A stretch of DNA of 64,000 bases from an uncultured bacterium (GCA_964640055.1 CAZXFH010000011.1:1886-65885); one strand, 5' to 3'. Counted from the stretch's first letter, positions 48,671 through 61,009 are shown. The notes: generated by a model from the sequence alone, not told the origin. Program-made: numbers and translations.

Positions 48671-49279
48671 ATCGCCTTTACCTATTTTTTCCGAGATAAG
48701 CAAACCCTGGATTTGATCGTCAAACATGTTATTCCTCATCTGTCCGGAATCCGACATATTAAAATCTGGGATGCCGGCTGCGCAATGGGGCCGGAACCCT
48801 TTTCTTTAGCGATCATGTTCGCCGAGAATATGGGACAATTCGCTTTTAAAAACATATCCATAAAAGCCACTGATATCGACATTAGCTGTCAATTTGGTGA
48901 AATCATTAAAAATGGTATTTTCCCCCGTGAACAACTGGCGCGTATTCCCCGGGAGTTGTTTAAAAAATATTTTCATCCCAATGGTCAACCGGATAAATAT
49001 CAGATTGATTACACTCTCCGCCGCTGTGTCAATTATCAGCGTCATGATTTGCTAACGCTAAACCCTGCAGGCAATGAATTCATTTTGATAGTATGTAAAA
49101 ACGTTTTATTACACTTCGCCTATGATATGCGCGTCAAGGTCATTCAAATGTTCTATGACGCGTTGAGACCCGGGGGATATATGGCCTTGGAACAAACCCA
49201 GAAGCTGCCCAAAGAAAACGAGCATTTGTTTACCAAAGTATCACCTAACGGACAACTCTTTAAAAAGGCGACCAGTTAA
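48671..49279 (+). CDS. cheR: Short CheR-type methyltransferase lacking the N-terminal domain, probable ATC start
   Basis: In-frame (I/M)AFTYFFRD upstream of the TTG at 48713; IWDAGCA.G.EP, ATDID, C.NVL..F, L.PGG. Confidence 0.85.
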   Translation: MAFTYFFRDKQTLDLIVKHVIPHLSGIRHIKIWDAGCAMGPEPFSLAIMFAENMGQFAFKNISIKATDIDISCQFGEIIKNGIFPREQLARIPRELFKKYFHPNGQPDKYQIDYTLRRCVNYQRHDLLTLNPAGNEFILIVCKNVLLHFAYDMRVKVIQMFYDALRPGGYMALEQTQKLPKENEHLFTKVSPNGQLFKKATS

Positions 49280-49577
49280 ATGCAGCTCTCTATCCAAAAC
49301 CAAGATAGAATCAGAAAAGAGGTATATGGCCGTCGGCCGATTATTATCGCTGATCCAAAGCCTTTAAAAATTTGGCTTGACAATGGTAATCTGGACGTAA
49401 AAGAGAATAACATTCAGGTCAATTACTCCGTATTTTTATCAAGCAGAGAGTTTTTAATATTTTTCAATCTTCATCCATATAAACAGCGATGCAGAGGGAC
49501 ATTATTCGTGCTAATAAAATGATCAAAGAAACCAAATATAAATACCAGTTTATCATTAATCAGGAGGGGTAAATATT

Positions 49578-52500
49578 ATGTTTAATCTTTTCAAGAAAAA
49601 AGTGATGCTAAAGAACCAGATTATGCGGCTGTCATTGACGATGTCCATATTACCGGTTTTGATTATCATGTTATTTCTGATCTTCCAACGCTTATCCATT
49701 TCAAAAAAAGTAACGCAGGAACTGGAAAAAGATTCCCGCAACCGGATTTCCCAAATCTCTAAAGATGTATACCAAATGTGTAAAACAGCCAACCAATTAA
49801 TTGTTGAGAAAGTCAAACATGATCTGAATGTGGCGCGTAATCTTCTTCAAGAGAGTGGTGGTGTTACTTTGCATACAGAAAAAATAAACTGGAATGCGGT
49901 GAACCAGTACACTGAAAATTCCCAGCCGGTACAACTGCCAAAAATGATGGCAGGCCGACACTGGTTGGGCAAAACAAAGCGCTTTGACGTCACAACCCCA
50001 ATAGTGGATAAAGTACAACAATTAGTGGGCGGTACTTGCACAATATTTCAACGCCTAAATCCGGAAGGAGATATGTTGCGGGTGGCGACAAATGTCCAAA
50101 AAAAGGACGGTTCCCGTGCCATCGGTACTTACATTCCGGCTACTAATCCAGACGGTTCAGCCAATCCGGTTATATCTAAAGTATTACAAGGAGAAATATT
50201 TTATGGTCGTGCCTATGTTGTCAACGCTTGGTATCTAACCGCTTATGAGCCCATCCGAAATTCAGCTGGGGAGATCATTGGTGTGCTCTATGTCGGTGTA
50301 CCACAGGAATCAGTAAAGAGTATTCGTCAATCGATTATGGATATCAAGGTAGGCAATTCAGGATATGTTTTTGTCATTGGTGGTAAAGGCGACCATCAGG
50401 GTGATTATATAATTTCCAAAAATGGCGAGCGTGACGGAGAAAATATTTGGAATGCGCAGGATGCAGAGGGTCATTATTTCATTCAAAACATGGTACAGAA
50501 GGCATTAACTTTAAAAGAAAACGAAGTCAGTTTTAGCGCTTATCCATGGCAAAACGTGGGCGAAAAAAAGCCTCGTTTTAAGATCTCTGCTATAACCTAT
50601 TTCAAACCTTGGGACTGGGTTATAGGTGCTGGTGCATACCAGACTGATTTCTATCAATCTAAAAATATTATCACCGCAAAACTAAATAACTTTTTTCTGT
50701 GGAGCTTATTGTGTGGTGTAATTGTAGTTATAATGGGTGGATTTTATGCCAGTCGTTTCGGAATAAAAATTGCCAATCCGGTCAAAGAAATGGCAACAAC
50801 TGCTGAAAAATTGTCGATCGGCGACATTAACCAAGACATTCAGCATCGTTCCCATGACGAAACGGGTGCCTTGGCTGATTCTTTCCGTAAACTGATTCAA
50901 TCATTACAGGCTAAAGCCCAACTGGCAGAAGAAATTTCCAAAGGCAACATATATCAGGATATTCAACCAGATTCCGATCAAGATATTTTGGGAATTGCCA
51001 TGACTAAAATGGTTGCCAACATTCAAACCATGCTTGAAAACATCAGCGCACTAATTGATGCCGCTGCCAGCGGTAACTTAAATGTAAAAGGTGACAAGAG
51101 TCAGGTCGATGGAATATTCAAAGAAATTATCGAAGGTATCAATAACCTCATATATGTGATCGTTCAGCCAATTAAAGAAGTTTCCGAACATTTAGACAAA
51201 ATAACCAAGGGCAATATAGAAGAAAAAATAACCGCCAATTACAAAGGCGATTTTAATGACATCAAAGAAAATTTAAATAAATTAATTGATACTCTGGCCC
51301 TATTTGAAAAAGAGCTGCGACAAATGGAGATCAAGCATAAAGAAGAGGGTGATGTCGAATATTTAATTGATGCAAATAAATTCGAAGGAATTTATAAGGA
51401 GATAACCAACAGTTTTAACCATGCCATCAATTTCCACGTCAGTGCCATTCTGGACATGCTTGATATAACCCAATCCTATGCAGAAGGTGATTTTTCACCA
51501 GTTCTGCGCGAATTCAAAGGCAAGGCCGTCATTGCTAATGAGCGGTTTAATTTAATCCGTTCCAATCTCCGGAATGTCGTCAAGGAAATCAATCAATTGA
51601 TCGAAGCAGCCCGTTGGGGAAAGCTAGATGAGCGCGCGCAAACCGATCAATTTAAAGGCGAATGGAATTCGATTGTGGCTGGAATTAATGAGACGATGGA
51701 TGCGCTGGTAAATCCGATGCAGGAGGCAGCCACTATTATGGCCCGGATTGCCAAAAAGGATTTAACCGCGAGACTGGAAAAAGAGTATAATGGCGATATC
51801 GATAAATTTAAAAAAGATATCAACCAAGCCACTCAGATTCTGGAAGAAACAATGAAACAAGTAAATACAGCGGTCGCAGAGGTTTCTTCGGTAAGCGATC
51901 AGGTAGCTAATGGCAGTCAAAGTTTAGCAGAAGGGGCTAACCAACAGGCCAGTGCTTTAGAAGAGATCTCGAGTACATTGGAGCAAATGTCGTCCATGAC
52001 AAAACAGAATTCTGATAATGCGAACCAGGCAAATAAATTATCGGGCGAAGTCAGTCAGGCGGCCGATCGAGGTGCAAAAGCAATGGAACGGATGACACAG
52101 GCCATTAATAACATCAAAAATTCGGCAGACGAAACCGGGAAAATTGTCAAGACGATCGATGATATTGCTTTTCAAACCAACTTATTGGCTTTAAATGCAG
52201 CTGTTGAAGCAGCCCGGGCAGGAGAAGCTGGTAAGGGATTTGCCGTGGTCGCTGAGGAAGTGCGCAATCTGGCTCAAAGAAGCGCAGAGGCTGCCAAGAA
52301 TACCGCCCAGCTGATCGAGGAATCAGTTGGCAACGCTGATCAAGGTGTCGATATTTCAGGTGAAACAGCGGCACAATTAAAAGAAATTATCACCGGAGTC
52401 AATAAAGTAAACCACCTAATCAGTGAAATTGATGCGGCTACCAAAGAACAACACGATGGCATTGAACAGGTAAACACATCAGTAGCTGAAATGAACAAAG

Positions 52501-52769
52501 TAACCCAACAAAATGCTTCCAACTCCGAAGAGTCAGCCAGTGCAGCCCAGGAGCTAAATAGTCAATCCTCAGAACTCTCCGGTATGGTTAGTTCATTCAA
52601 ATTAAGTGATAATGAACAAAAAAAATTAGGGGGCCGAGGCCGTGATCAGAATCAGGAAAAGAGGAAAATCAAACCGGAACAGGCCCCTAAAAAAGACCGG
52701 ATAAAAAACAAGGAAATTAGCCCAGAAGAAATTATTCCTCTGGAAGATGAGGAAATGGAAGATTTCTAA
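49578..52769 (+). CDS. Methyl-accepting chemotaxis protein with Cache_3-Cache_2-type sensor and poly-HAMP
   Basis: Two TMs, [20 protein letters not shown], repeated HAMP-like units, [20 protein letters not shown]. Confidence 0.96.
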   Translation: MFNLFKKKVMLKNQIMRLSLTMSILPVLIIMLFLIFQRLSISKKVTQELEKDSRNRISQISKDVYQMCKTANQLIVEKVKHDLNVARNLLQESGGVTLHTEKINWNAVNQYTENSQPVQLPKMMAGRHWLGKTKRFDVTTPIVDKVQQLVGGTCTIFQRLNPEGDMLRVATNVQKKDGSRAIGTYIPATNPDGSANPVISKVLQGEIFYGRAYVVNAWYLTAYEPIRNSAGEIIGVLYVGVPQESVKSIRQSIMDIKVGNSGYVFVIGGKGDHQGDYIISKNGERDGENIWNAQDAEGHYFIQNMVQKALTLKENEVSFSAYPWQNVGEKKPRFKISAITYFKPWDWVIGAGAYQTDFYQSKNIITAKLNNFFLWSLLCGVIVVIMGGFYASRFGIKIANPVKEMATTAEKLSIGDINQDIQHRSHDETGALADSFRKLIQSLQAKAQLAEEISKGNIYQDIQPDSDQDILGIAMTKMVANIQTMLENISALIDAAASGNLNVKGDKSQVDGIFKEIIEGINNLIYVIVQPIKEVSEHLDKITKGNIEEKITANYKGDFNDIKENLNKLIDTLALFEKELRQMEIKHKEEGDVEYLIDANKFEGIYKEITNSFNHAINFHVSAILDMLDITQSYAEGDFSPVLREFKGKAVIANERFNLIRSNLRNVVKEINQLIEAARWGKLDERAQTDQFKGEWNSIVAGINETMDALVNPMQEAATIMARIAKKDLTARLEKEYNGDIDKFKKDINQATQILEETMKQVNTAVAEVSSVSDQVANGSQSLAEGANQQASALEEISSTLEQMSSMTKQNSDNANQANKLSGEVSQAADRGAKAMERMTQAINNIKNSADETGKIVKTIDDIAFQTNLLALNAAVEAARAGEAGKGFAVVAEEVRNLAQRSAEAAKNTAQLIEESVGNADQGVDISGETAAQLKEIITGVNKVNHLISEIDAATKEQHDGIEQVNTSVAEMNKVTQQNASNSEESASAAQELNSQSSELSGMVSSFKLSDNEQKKLGGRGRDQNQEKRKIKPEQAPKKDRIKNKEISPEEIIPLEDEEMEDF

Positions 52770-52827
52770 CTTGTGTTATCCAGAAAAGTCTATTTTCAAG
52801 TAAAAATATTTAAGGAGTCCGGCTAAT

Positions 52828-53991
52828 ATGAAAAAATTCATCTTAATAGTTACCGGAATATTCGTCTTGACGGTTCCTTGGCGTATATCCGCTGAAATTA
52901 CTTTAAATGGTGATGCGCGCGTGCGTCCCAGACTTGATCAAAAATTTTCCGGCGGTAAAAAGACCTATCATGATTTTTACTATCTCTACTGGGCGCGCCT
53001 GTGGTTAAATGCGGAATTGACCGAAGGATGGTATTTCAAGGCCCTATTGGCAGCAGATGGTCCGGCAAATTTCATTGGTAAATTCGGTATGCCAACCTAT
53101 GATGGGATAGAAAGTTGGGGTGGCTCAAAAGCGGCCCACTCCGGGTATCGCGGCGCTCTCCGGTTTGGCGAACTGCACTTTGGCCGTCAGTGTGATAAAT
53201 TTGGATATTCCCTGGGAATTTTACCCTTCAACGCCCTCAAAAATACTGAATTGGATTTACACTTCTATCCCATCAGTACCAGTGACATACCTTACCTCAT
53301 ACTCAATATGAATTCAGCGGCGGGTTTTCGTGGCTACTATCAGCTGGGACCGGGTAAATTAAATGCAACCTTATCGGTCGATAATAACGAAAGTGAAATC
53401 CTACGGGTGGCAGCAAGTTCTCCTGATACCACTTATCAGTGGGTCCATGATGAAAATGATGGGCACTGGGAAACCATTACCACACCGGCCCAACCAGAGG
53501 AGATTATAAGATCACGGGATACTTACTCATTTTTTCTGAACTATAATTATCAATTCAATGAAATATTTCTGCAACCAACGTTTATCAAAACCTTTGCCGA
53601 TAAAAAAGAAGCGGCCCCCCTTACTTTTGGTCTTAATGCAAGCTTTCCGCCGGTTGCCAAGTTCAAATTTTCATGCGGCGCCTTTTACACCATTCAGAAC
53701 ATCGTCCAAACCGAGCGCTATAACGGTAAGATGATCCATGCAAAACTTTCACGAACGCTGGGTCCGGGTAAGATGGTCTGCTGGGGAGATTATAAAAATG
53801 TAAATTTCAAGCAAGACGCAGAGCCTTACCATACCACCTACTTATGGTTTATGTATCAGTACACTGTCTATCAATCCGACGTAGGCAAATTGGTATTAGC
53901 TCCTACCTTTCGGCGGATTATACAAACCCATGATCAAAGCGAATATATACGCAATAAAATAGAGTTGACTATTCATATGAGTTTTAAATGA
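52828..53991 (+). CDS. Putative outer-membrane beta-barrel (porin-like) protein
   Basis: Signal peptide, alternating aromatic/hydrophobic strands, G.ARVR start, C-terminal strand IELTIHMSFK. Confidence 0.75.
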   Translation: MKKFILIVTGIFVLTVPWRISAEITLNGDARVRPRLDQKFSGGKKTYHDFYYLYWARLWLNAELTEGWYFKALLAADGPANFIGKFGMPTYDGIESWGGSKAAHSGYRGALRFGELHFGRQCDKFGYSLGILPFNALKNTELDLHFYPISTSDIPYLILNMNSAAGFRGYYQLGPGKLNATLSVDNNESEILRVAASSPDTTYQWVHDENDGHWETITTPAQPEEIIRSRDTYSFFLNYNYQFNEIFLQPTFIKTFADKKEAAPLTFGLNASFPPVAKFKFSCGAFYTIQNIVQTERYNGKMIHAKLSRTLGPGKMVCWGDYKNVNFKQDAEPYHTTYLWFMYQYTVYQSDVGKLVLAPTFRRIIQTHDQSEYIRNKIELTIHMSFK

Positions 53992-54061
53992 TCAGAACAC
54001 TATCCCATAATATTATATACGTAGATCTATCAATTGACTAACAAAACAGTAGGAGTATGAC

Positions 54062-54454
54062 ATGTTTAACATCGAAGAAAAAGACTATGGTTACAAACTT
54101 ACTTTTAGCCATGTCGTCAAAGCTGATGAGATGGAGCGTTGGGTCGAAGAATCGAAAAGGAAATTAGCCAATCAATCGGGACAATTCGGGGTTTTCGTGG
54201 ATATGCGTAATTTAAAACCCCTCGACGAAGCAGCGCAACAAAAAATGGAAGAAGGCCAGAAGACATTTAAACAGAAGGGGATGCAACGCTCGGTGGTTAT
54301 TTTAGACAGTGCCCTGCTCACCATGCAGTTTAAACGGATTGCCAAAGAAACGGGCATATATGAATGGGAGCGTTATATCAACGCCTCGGTTACTCCCAAT
54401 TGGGAAGAGGTAGGCATCAACTGGATTGCAAAGGGTATTGATCCGGATAAATAA
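54062..54454 (+). CDS. STAS/SpoIIAA-like small cytoplasmic protein
   Basis: F.V.VDMR.LKP, G..R.VVIL pattern; good SD. Confidence 0.65.
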   Translation: MFNIEEKDYGYKLTFSHVVKADEMERWVEESKRKLANQSGQFGVFVDMRNLKPLDEAAQQKMEEGQKTFKQKGMQRSVVILDSALLTMQFKRIAKETGIYEWERYINASVTPNWEEVGINWIAKGIDPDK

Positions 54455-54595
54455 ATCCTCGCAACTCAAATTTTGAGGCTTGAATGAATATAACTTAATG
54501 ATTAGTAAAGCAGTGCTTTTTCCCATGTGTGCCTGACTGATACCGGTTATAGCACTTACAAATCATGAGAAAAGCACAAAAAAGATACTAATTAA

Positions 54596-55117
54596 ATGAG
54601 GCGTCAAATGCTTAAAAAAGTGCTATTAATAATTTCCGTAATCATCTCACTACAATCGATCGTTTTTACTCAATATAAGGAGGTCCCTGCCAATCAAGTT
54701 TCGCAGGTCTTGATCACAGCCTGTGTCTTTGAAAAAACTATTTCAGGTTTGGATCAAATAACGCTCTATGTCATGGGAAATAATCAGGTCGCACAAGCCC
54801 TGGGAATGTATATTAATCAAAATTTAGGCAACACCGTCCTCAAGCAAATTGACTCCGGTACTGAACTTCCCGCCACCAAACCAACCATCCTATTTATAGC
54901 TAATGGGGAGTATTCGGATCAGGCAATCATTTACTGTCAAAAAAATAGAGTGTTGAGTATTACCAATATACCGGGCCTGGTTGAAAAGGGAATCAGTCTG
55001 GGAATTGGGATGGATGATCATGGCAAATTAGTCTTACTACTAAATCCGAGGGCCACGGCCGGGGAAGGCAAGCAATGGAATCCTGCCGTAATGAAAATGG
55101 CTAAAATAATAAGGTGA
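54596..55117 (+). CDS. YfiR/HmsC (DUF4154)-like periplasmic protein
   Basis: Signal peptide; ILFI..., VLSIT, G..LG, LLN...A..EG......MKMAKII C-terminus like YfiR proteins; start may be 54608. Confidence 0.72.
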   Translation: MRRQMLKKVLLIISVIISLQSIVFTQYKEVPANQVSQVLITACVFEKTISGLDQITLYVMGNNQVAQALGMYINQNLGNTVLKQIDSGTELPATKPTILFIANGEYSDQAIIYCQKNRVLSITNIPGLVEKGISLGIGMDDHGKLVLLLNPRATAGEGKQWNPAVMKMAKIIR

Positions 55118-55177
55118 GCCAAATAAACATTCAGAATGTAAACCAAAAAATTATTGGGAGAATTAGTGGGAGGGGAC

Positions 55178-57781
55178 ATGCATAATAAATCAATTAAATT
55201 CAAGGTGTTGATATTAGTGCTTTCCGTGGTCATAGTATTTGGCACCTTACTGGCCTTTTACAGCCCATACATGACAAAAAAAATGGGGCGGAAAATCCTT
55301 AAAAACAATGCGGAATTTATTACCCATTTACTGCGTGAAAACTTAGCACTCAGCATGCAAACCATGATTTTTGATAATGGGGAATCGCTGCGGCAAACCC
55401 TTGACCTGCTGAAGGGGGATGAAAAAAATTCAATCATTGACAAGGTAAGGGTTTTCGATCCAAATATGTCTTTTGTCAGCGGCCTCAATACAACTGAAAA
55501 GCAGGTGGATTCCAGACCCAAAGATGAACTGAGCATACAAGCGCACGCCAATATTTTGGAGGTGTGGTCTCCGATAAAAGATGCCGAAGATAATATCCTG
55601 GGCTACGTTAACCTCAATTTCTCGAAAGAATTTCTCAATCAACAGAGTCGTAAAAGTGCTAATTTTTACCTTCTACTAACCTTAATTATTATGGGTGTTA
55701 CCATTGGCGCTGCTTTGCTGCTGTCCAAAAATATATCAGGCATTATCGGTTCTATTATTGCTGAGACCAAGACATTAACCAATGGTGTAAAAAACGGATA
55801 TTTCAAAAAAAGAGGCGCAACTGAGAATATTAATCTTGAATTTCAGCCGGTCATTGCAGCCATGAATGAATTAATCGATGCTTTCGTTGAACCGATCCAT
55901 GTGCTGGAAAAATACATAACGCGGATTGGCAAAGGGGATATTCCGGAAAAAATCACCCAGGAATACAAAGGGGATTTCAATGAAATCAAGGAAAGTATCA
56001 ATCTGGCCATTAACGGTCTGAGCGGTTTAATGGAAAGTAACCGTATTTTACAAAATGCCTCAATCAACGATTACACTCAAAAAGTCACCGGAAACTATCA
56101 TGGTATCTACCAGGAAGTAGCACAGGCTGTAAACATTATGATTGACCGCATGAATCGCATCCAGGATATTGTTCTACGGGTATCTCAGGGTGATTTGAGT
56201 GATCTCGACCCTTTGAAACAAGAAGGAAAACGGTGTGAAAACGACCAAATATCCTTAGCTTTTATTGCTATGGAAGAATCAATCCAGAGCTTGGTCGACG
56301 AGACGAAAGCAATCATTCAACAAATAAAAGTAGGACATCTCGATACGCGTGGGAATCCGGATAATTTTCAAGGTGAATATCGCAATATCATACAGGGGAT
56401 CAATGAAACGCTTGAAGCGATCACTCAACCCCTCAAAGTCATCGGCATCTATATTGATCGCATTGCCCATGGTAATTTGGAAAAGCGGATCATTATAAAG
56501 GACGAAACAACCAATATATTCAAAGGAGACTTTAAAAATTACAAAGATAATGTAAACCGATGTATGGATAATGTCCAAGAGTTGGTCAATCAAATAAATC
56601 AACAATCTCAGGATGCAGTTAATGGCAAGCTGAACACCCGTATCGAACTGTCTGATTTCGCAGGAGATTACCGCCGGGTGGTAGCGGGAGTAAACAAGAC
56701 AATTGACGCCCTGGAATCCCCCCTGAACGAGGTCGCCAGAGTGATGGCTGAGATGGCTGATCGTGATCTGACCAAACGTATAGAAGGCAATTACCAAGGA
56801 CAATTGGACATTTTTAAAACCAATATTAACGCAGCCATAGACAACTTACATGAGGCACTCGATCAGGTCAATGTGGCTGTTGAACAAGTATCCGCCGCCA
56901 GCAATCAAATCACCAGTGGTAGTCAATCGCTGGCCGAAGGTACCAACGAGCAGGCCAGCTCTCTGGAGGACATTTCCAGCACACTGGAAGAGATGTCATC
57001 TATGACCAACCAAACCTCGGATAATGTTGATCAGGCCAATAAACTGATAGAGGCGGCCAATAGGACTGCGGATCAGGGATCAAAGGCCATGCAAAAAATG
57101 ACTGCCTCCATAAAAAAAATAAAAAATTCAGCCGATGAAAGTAGTGAAATCGTAAAAACAATTGATGATATCGCCTTTCAGACCAACTTGCTGGCCCTTA
57201 ATGCGGCAGTGGAAGCGGCCCGTGCCGGAGAAGCGGGAAAAGGATTTGCAGTGGTCGCTTCCGAGGTAAGAAGTCTGGCTCAGCGCAGTGCGGAAGCAGC
57301 CAAATCCACAGCCCAATTAATTGAAGAATCCATCGACAACGCCAACGAGGGGGTGGAAATTACAAATGAATCCAACGCACAACTCGAAGAGATCGTAGAA
57401 CGAATCAATAAAGCCGCCGATCTGATCAAAGAGATAAACGCCGCGACTAAAGATCAGGCTACCGGCATAGACGAAATTAACACTTCCGTTTCGCAAGTGA
57501 ACAAAGTTACGCAGAATAATGCCTCCAACTCAGAAGAGTCGGCCAGTGCAGCTGAAGAATTGAATAGCCAAGCCCAGGAACTAGCCAATATGATCACCAC
57601 CTTTAACTTAAAAAGCAGTAGAACTCTAGAGCCTAAGCGAAAGCAGATAAAGACCGCTGGAAAACAAAAAGATAACAGATCCAAATCACAAAAAGCGGGA
57701 GATGATCACCATTTTAACCGAAAAATCATTACTCCCGAGGATATTATTCCGATAGATGATGATGAGCTAGATGATTTTTAG
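55178..57781 (+). CDS. Methyl-accepting chemotaxis protein with periplasmic sensor and poly-HAMP
   Basis: Two TMs, repeated HAMP-like units, [20 protein letters not shown]; start at ATG 55178 after GGAGG. Confidence 0.96.
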   Translation: MHNKSIKFKVLILVLSVVIVFGTLLAFYSPYMTKKMGRKILKNNAEFITHLLRENLALSMQTMIFDNGESLRQTLDLLKGDEKNSIIDKVRVFDPNMSFVSGLNTTEKQVDSRPKDELSIQAHANILEVWSPIKDAEDNILGYVNLNFSKEFLNQQSRKSANFYLLLTLIIMGVTIGAALLLSKNISGIIGSIIAETKTLTNGVKNGYFKKRGATENINLEFQPVIAAMNELIDAFVEPIHVLEKYITRIGKGDIPEKITQEYKGDFNEIKESINLAINGLSGLMESNRILQNASINDYTQKVTGNYHGIYQEVAQAVNIMIDRMNRIQDIVLRVSQGDLSDLDPLKQEGKRCENDQISLAFIAMEESIQSLVDETKAIIQQIKVGHLDTRGNPDNFQGEYRNIIQGINETLEAITQPLKVIGIYIDRIAHGNLEKRIIIKDETTNIFKGDFKNYKDNVNRCMDNVQELVNQINQQSQDAVNGKLNTRIELSDFAGDYRRVVAGVNKTIDALESPLNEVARVMAEMADRDLTKRIEGNYQGQLDIFKTNINAAIDNLHEALDQVNVAVEQVSAASNQITSGSQSLAEGTNEQASSLEDISSTLEEMSSMTNQTSDNVDQANKLIEAANRTADQGSKAMQKMTASIKKIKNSADESSEIVKTIDDIAFQTNLLALNAAVEAARAGEAGKGFAVVASEVRSLAQRSAEAAKSTAQLIEESIDNANEGVEITNESNAQLEEIVERINKAADLIKEINAATKDQATGIDEINTSVSQVNKVTQNNASNSEESASAAEELNSQAQELANMITTFNLKSSRTLEPKRKQIKTAGKQKDNRSKSQKAGDDHHFNRKIITPEDIIPIDDDELDDF

Positions 57782-57833
57782 GAGACCAGATATAATACTT
57801 ATCTGAGAATAGACTTTCCCTAATTCCGGAGGA

Positions 57834-59828
57834 ATGATGCCAAAAAGCGAGAGCCCCGTTATTCTTATTGTGGATGATAACCTGGCTACCCTACAATTAA
57901 TTCAAAATATTTTAAAAGCCCATGCTTACCATAGTACTGCTGTACAGAGTAGTCGGGAAGCACTTGAATTTATCCAGCACACGATACCGGAGCTGCTCTT
58001 AATTGACATTAATCTGGACGGCATGAACGGTTTTCAGCTATGTCAAAAAGTAAAGGCCATGCCACAAGCCCGCGATATTCCAGTTATTTTCATTACCGGA
58101 GACTCCAGCCGACGCAATATCCGAAAAAGTTTTGAAGTTGGCGGGATCGATTATATCAGGAAACCTTTTCTGGTTGAAGAGGTCCTCAGCCGAACGAGTA
58201 TGGCACTGAATAATGCCAGGGCTAAAAAAGTATTACAAGAAGTTAATAAAGAGTTAGAAGAGCGGGTAGCTTTACAAACCCGGGAATTAAATTTGTTATT
58301 TTCAATCACTAAACTGGCTTCCCAAACCGTGTCACTGCAGGATATCTTAAGAAAAGTGGTCGCTGTGATAATGAAGAACTTTGCGCAAGATGTCATTGTA
58401 CCGGAAATCCACTATCGCAATGAAATTGTCACTGAAGGGAGTCCTAAAAAACAAAAGGAACTGCTTTCTTCCCCATTGTCTATTCAGAATCAAAAGTTCG
58501 GAATAATCAAAATTTTTTCAACCAATAGGACTGCAGACAAACAGAGTGTGTTGACTCCGGAGAGTAAGGATTTGCTGGAAGCGGTGGCGAATGAAGTCAG
58601 TAAAATAATTGCCCAGAAAGAGGCTCAGGAAAATGTAAAAAACCAGGAGAAATACTTTCGGGCCCTAAGAGATAGTTCTCCCGAAGGAATCGTGACCCTT
58701 GATCAATCCAGACAAGTAGTAGACACAAATCCTGCTTTCCAAAATATCTTTGGTTTTTCTTTAAAGGAAATAAAAGCAAAACAATTGGACAATTTTATTC
58801 TGCCGCAGCGGCTAAAAAAAGAGGGGGCAGAAATTACCAGTCAAATAACTAGGCGGCAGAATATTCTAAAAAAAACAGTCAGAAAAACAAAAAAGAATCA
58901 GGAAATACACTGCTCCATTATCGGGGTACCTCTTAATATTGATAATCAGCACCGGGATTATTTGTTAATCTACCGTGATATTACCCGGGAAAAAGAATTA
59001 GAAGTGCAATTAATGCAAGCCAATAAAATGGAAGCTATCGGACAACTGGCGGCGGGAATTGCCCACGAAATTAATACCCCAACTCAATATGTAACCAGTA
59101 ACATTGAATTTTTTCAGGATGTGTTCCCGGATTTATTTAAGCTCATAGATAATTACACTCAATTACGAAAAAAGATTGACCCACAGACCATCAACGCCCA
59201 ATTTTTACAAAATCTGGACGAAAAAATCGCAGCTACCCCGGTGGAGTTTTTACGTGAAGAAATTGCCGCGGCGCTAACTGACTCTTTGGAAGGCCTCTCT
59301 AAAATATCGAAGATCGTGGATGCAATGCGGACATTTTCCCATCCCAGTACGGATGAAAAACAGGACATCGACTTGAATACCATTATCCAGAAGACCATAA
59401 CGGTAACGCGTAATGAATGGAAGTATGATGCGGCGTTGGAAACCGATTTGGAAGAGTCACTACCACCGGTTATGGCTTTTTCAGACCAAATCAGTCAGGT
59501 GATGCTCAACCTAATTGTCAATGCCGTGCATGCCATCCAGGCTGCTAAACCTAAAGATAAAGCGGATAAGGGTTGGATCAAAGTAGTCACCCAGGCCGGG
59601 GACAGCGCCGTCAAAATACAAGTTACAGATAACGGGTCCGGTATTCCGGCAGAAATCCAGGATAAAATTTTTAACCCTTTTTTCACTACTAAAGAAGTGG
59701 GTAAAGGTACTGGTCAGGGATTATCATTAATATATAATGTAGTCGTTGAAAACCATCAGGGAAAGATCTATTTCGATACAGAGGTTGGACAGGGAACGAC
59801 CTTTACCGTTGAACTACCCATAAAATAA
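57834..59828 (+). CDS. Hybrid sensor kinase REC-PAS-HisKA-HATPase
   Basis: [44 protein letters not shown]. Confidence 0.94.
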   Translation: MMPKSESPVILIVDDNLATLQLIQNILKAHAYHSTAVQSSREALEFIQHTIPELLLIDINLDGMNGFQLCQKVKAMPQARDIPVIFITGDSSRRNIRKSFEVGGIDYIRKPFLVEEVLSRTSMALNNARAKKVLQEVNKELEERVALQTRELNLLFSITKLASQTVSLQDILRKVVAVIMKNFAQDVIVPEIHYRNEIVTEGSPKKQKELLSSPLSIQNQKFGIIKIFSTNRTADKQSVLTPESKDLLEAVANEVSKIIAQKEAQENVKNQEKYFRALRDSSPEGIVTLDQSRQVVDTNPAFQNIFGFSLKEIKAKQLDNFILPQRLKKEGAEITSQITRRQNILKKTVRKTKKNQEIHCSIIGVPLNIDNQHRDYLLIYRDITREKELEVQLMQANKMEAIGQLAAGIAHEINTPTQYVTSNIEFFQDVFPDLFKLIDNYTQLRKKIDPQTINAQFLQNLDEKIAATPVEFLREEIAAALTDSLEGLSKISKIVDAMRTFSHPSTDEKQDIDLNTIIQKTITVTRNEWKYDAALETDLEESLPPVMAFSDQISQVMLNLIVNAVHAIQAAKPKDKADKGWIKVVTQAGDSAVKIQVTDNGSGIPAEIQDKIFNPFFTTKEVGKGTGQGLSLIYNVVVENHQGKIYFDTEVGQGTTFTVELPIK

Positions 59829-59840
59829 CCAACAAGGATA

Positions 59841-60983
59841 ATGATGCCTAAAAAAATACTGTTTATCGATGATGATGAAAGACTACTGGCCGGATTAAGA
59901 CGTCTCCTGTCCAGTCAAAGAAGTGTCTGGGATATGCGGTTTGCCAATACCGTTGACCATGCTTATGAAGTTATTTCCCAAAACAAGATCGATGTGGTCA
60001 TCCTGGATATCAGTATGCCGAAACAGAACGGCTTTGAACTACTGAAACATATTAAAAAAGATTCCGCTTACAGCGGCACCGAAGTTATTATGCTGACCGG
60101 GCTGAAGAATAAAGACCTGAAGCGTAGGGCACTCAATTTAGGGGCCACCGACTTAATCAACAAACCTATTTCCAAAGAAGACCTGACCGCCCGGATCAAT
60201 AGTGTTCTTCGTACAAAAAGCTACCGTGACTCCCTGGTTGAAAAAAACCGTCTACTGGAGGATCAGTTGATTCAATCCCAAAAAATGCAAATTGTCGGGA
60301 TTTTGGCCGCCGGCGTTATACACGATTTAAAGAATATTTTGTCAATTATCAGGGGATATCCGGATATTATCCAACTGCGGATCCAAAAGGATAAACCCGT
60401 CGAAAAACATCTCAATAAAATTAAAAATGCGGTGGACCGCGCCAAACAGTTGACGCTCCAAATTCTGGAATTGAGTCGTCCGGATCCTGATACCGTTAAA
60501 ACCTGCAATCTAGCCGAGATTATCAAAGAGGCCTCTAATATCGTCCAGCCGATTCTGGCGAAAAATATAGACTTTTCAATAGAGATCCCCTCTGACAAAG
60601 CCTATATTAATGCCAATGCAACCCAAATCACCCAGATCCTGCTTAATCTATTTATTAATGCTCACCAAGCTATACCCATTAATAATGGCGGCGGAAAAAT
60701 AAATGTGGCCTTAAGTACCGAAAAAATAATGGATCACGGGAAATGTCCCAATGGAAAATACCATAAATTAACCGTTGCCGATAGTGGCCAAGGTATGGAT
60801 CAGGAAACCCTGAACAAAATATTTATCCCCCGGTATACTCAAAAGAATAAATCCGGCGGCTTTGGTCTGGGCCTCTTTATTGTTCAGACAGTGGTCAAAA
60901 GACACAACGGTTTTATCAAGGTAGAAAGCAAGCCAAATCAAGGTACGACTTTCAAAGTCTTATTCCCGGCCTATGAGAACTAA
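59841..60983 (+). CDS. Hybrid sensor kinase REC-HisKA-HATPase
   Basis: FIDD/DISMP/KP REC, IHDLKN H-box, DSGQG, GFGLGL. Confidence 0.93.
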   Translation: MMPKKILFIDDDERLLAGLRRLLSSQRSVWDMRFANTVDHAYEVISQNKIDVVILDISMPKQNGFELLKHIKKDSAYSGTEVIMLTGLKNKDLKRRALNLGATDLINKPISKEDLTARINSVLRTKSYRDSLVEKNRLLEDQLIQSQKMQIVGILAAGVIHDLKNILSIIRGYPDIIQLRIQKDKPVEKHLNKIKNAVDRAKQLTLQILELSRPDPDTVKTCNLAEIIKEASNIVQPILAKNIDFSIEIPSDKAYINANATQITQILLNLFINAHQAIPINNGGGKINVALSTEKIMDHGKCPNGKYHKLTVADSGQGMDQETLNKIFIPRYTQKNKSGGFGLGLFIVQTVVKRHNGFIKVESKPNQGTTFKVLFPAYEN

Positions 60984-61009
60984 TTTTTAACATGTACACC
61001 TGAAGCGAT

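Noticed and set aside
49280-49522. 80-aa ORF and a sigma28-like GCCGATTA upstream of the first MCP
   Set aside because: The ORF has no SD or recognisable motif; the -35 match is poor.
51900-57600. DNA similarity between the two MCP genes as a recent duplication or repeat
   Set aside because: Explained by the conserved signalling domain; synonymous positions differ widely.
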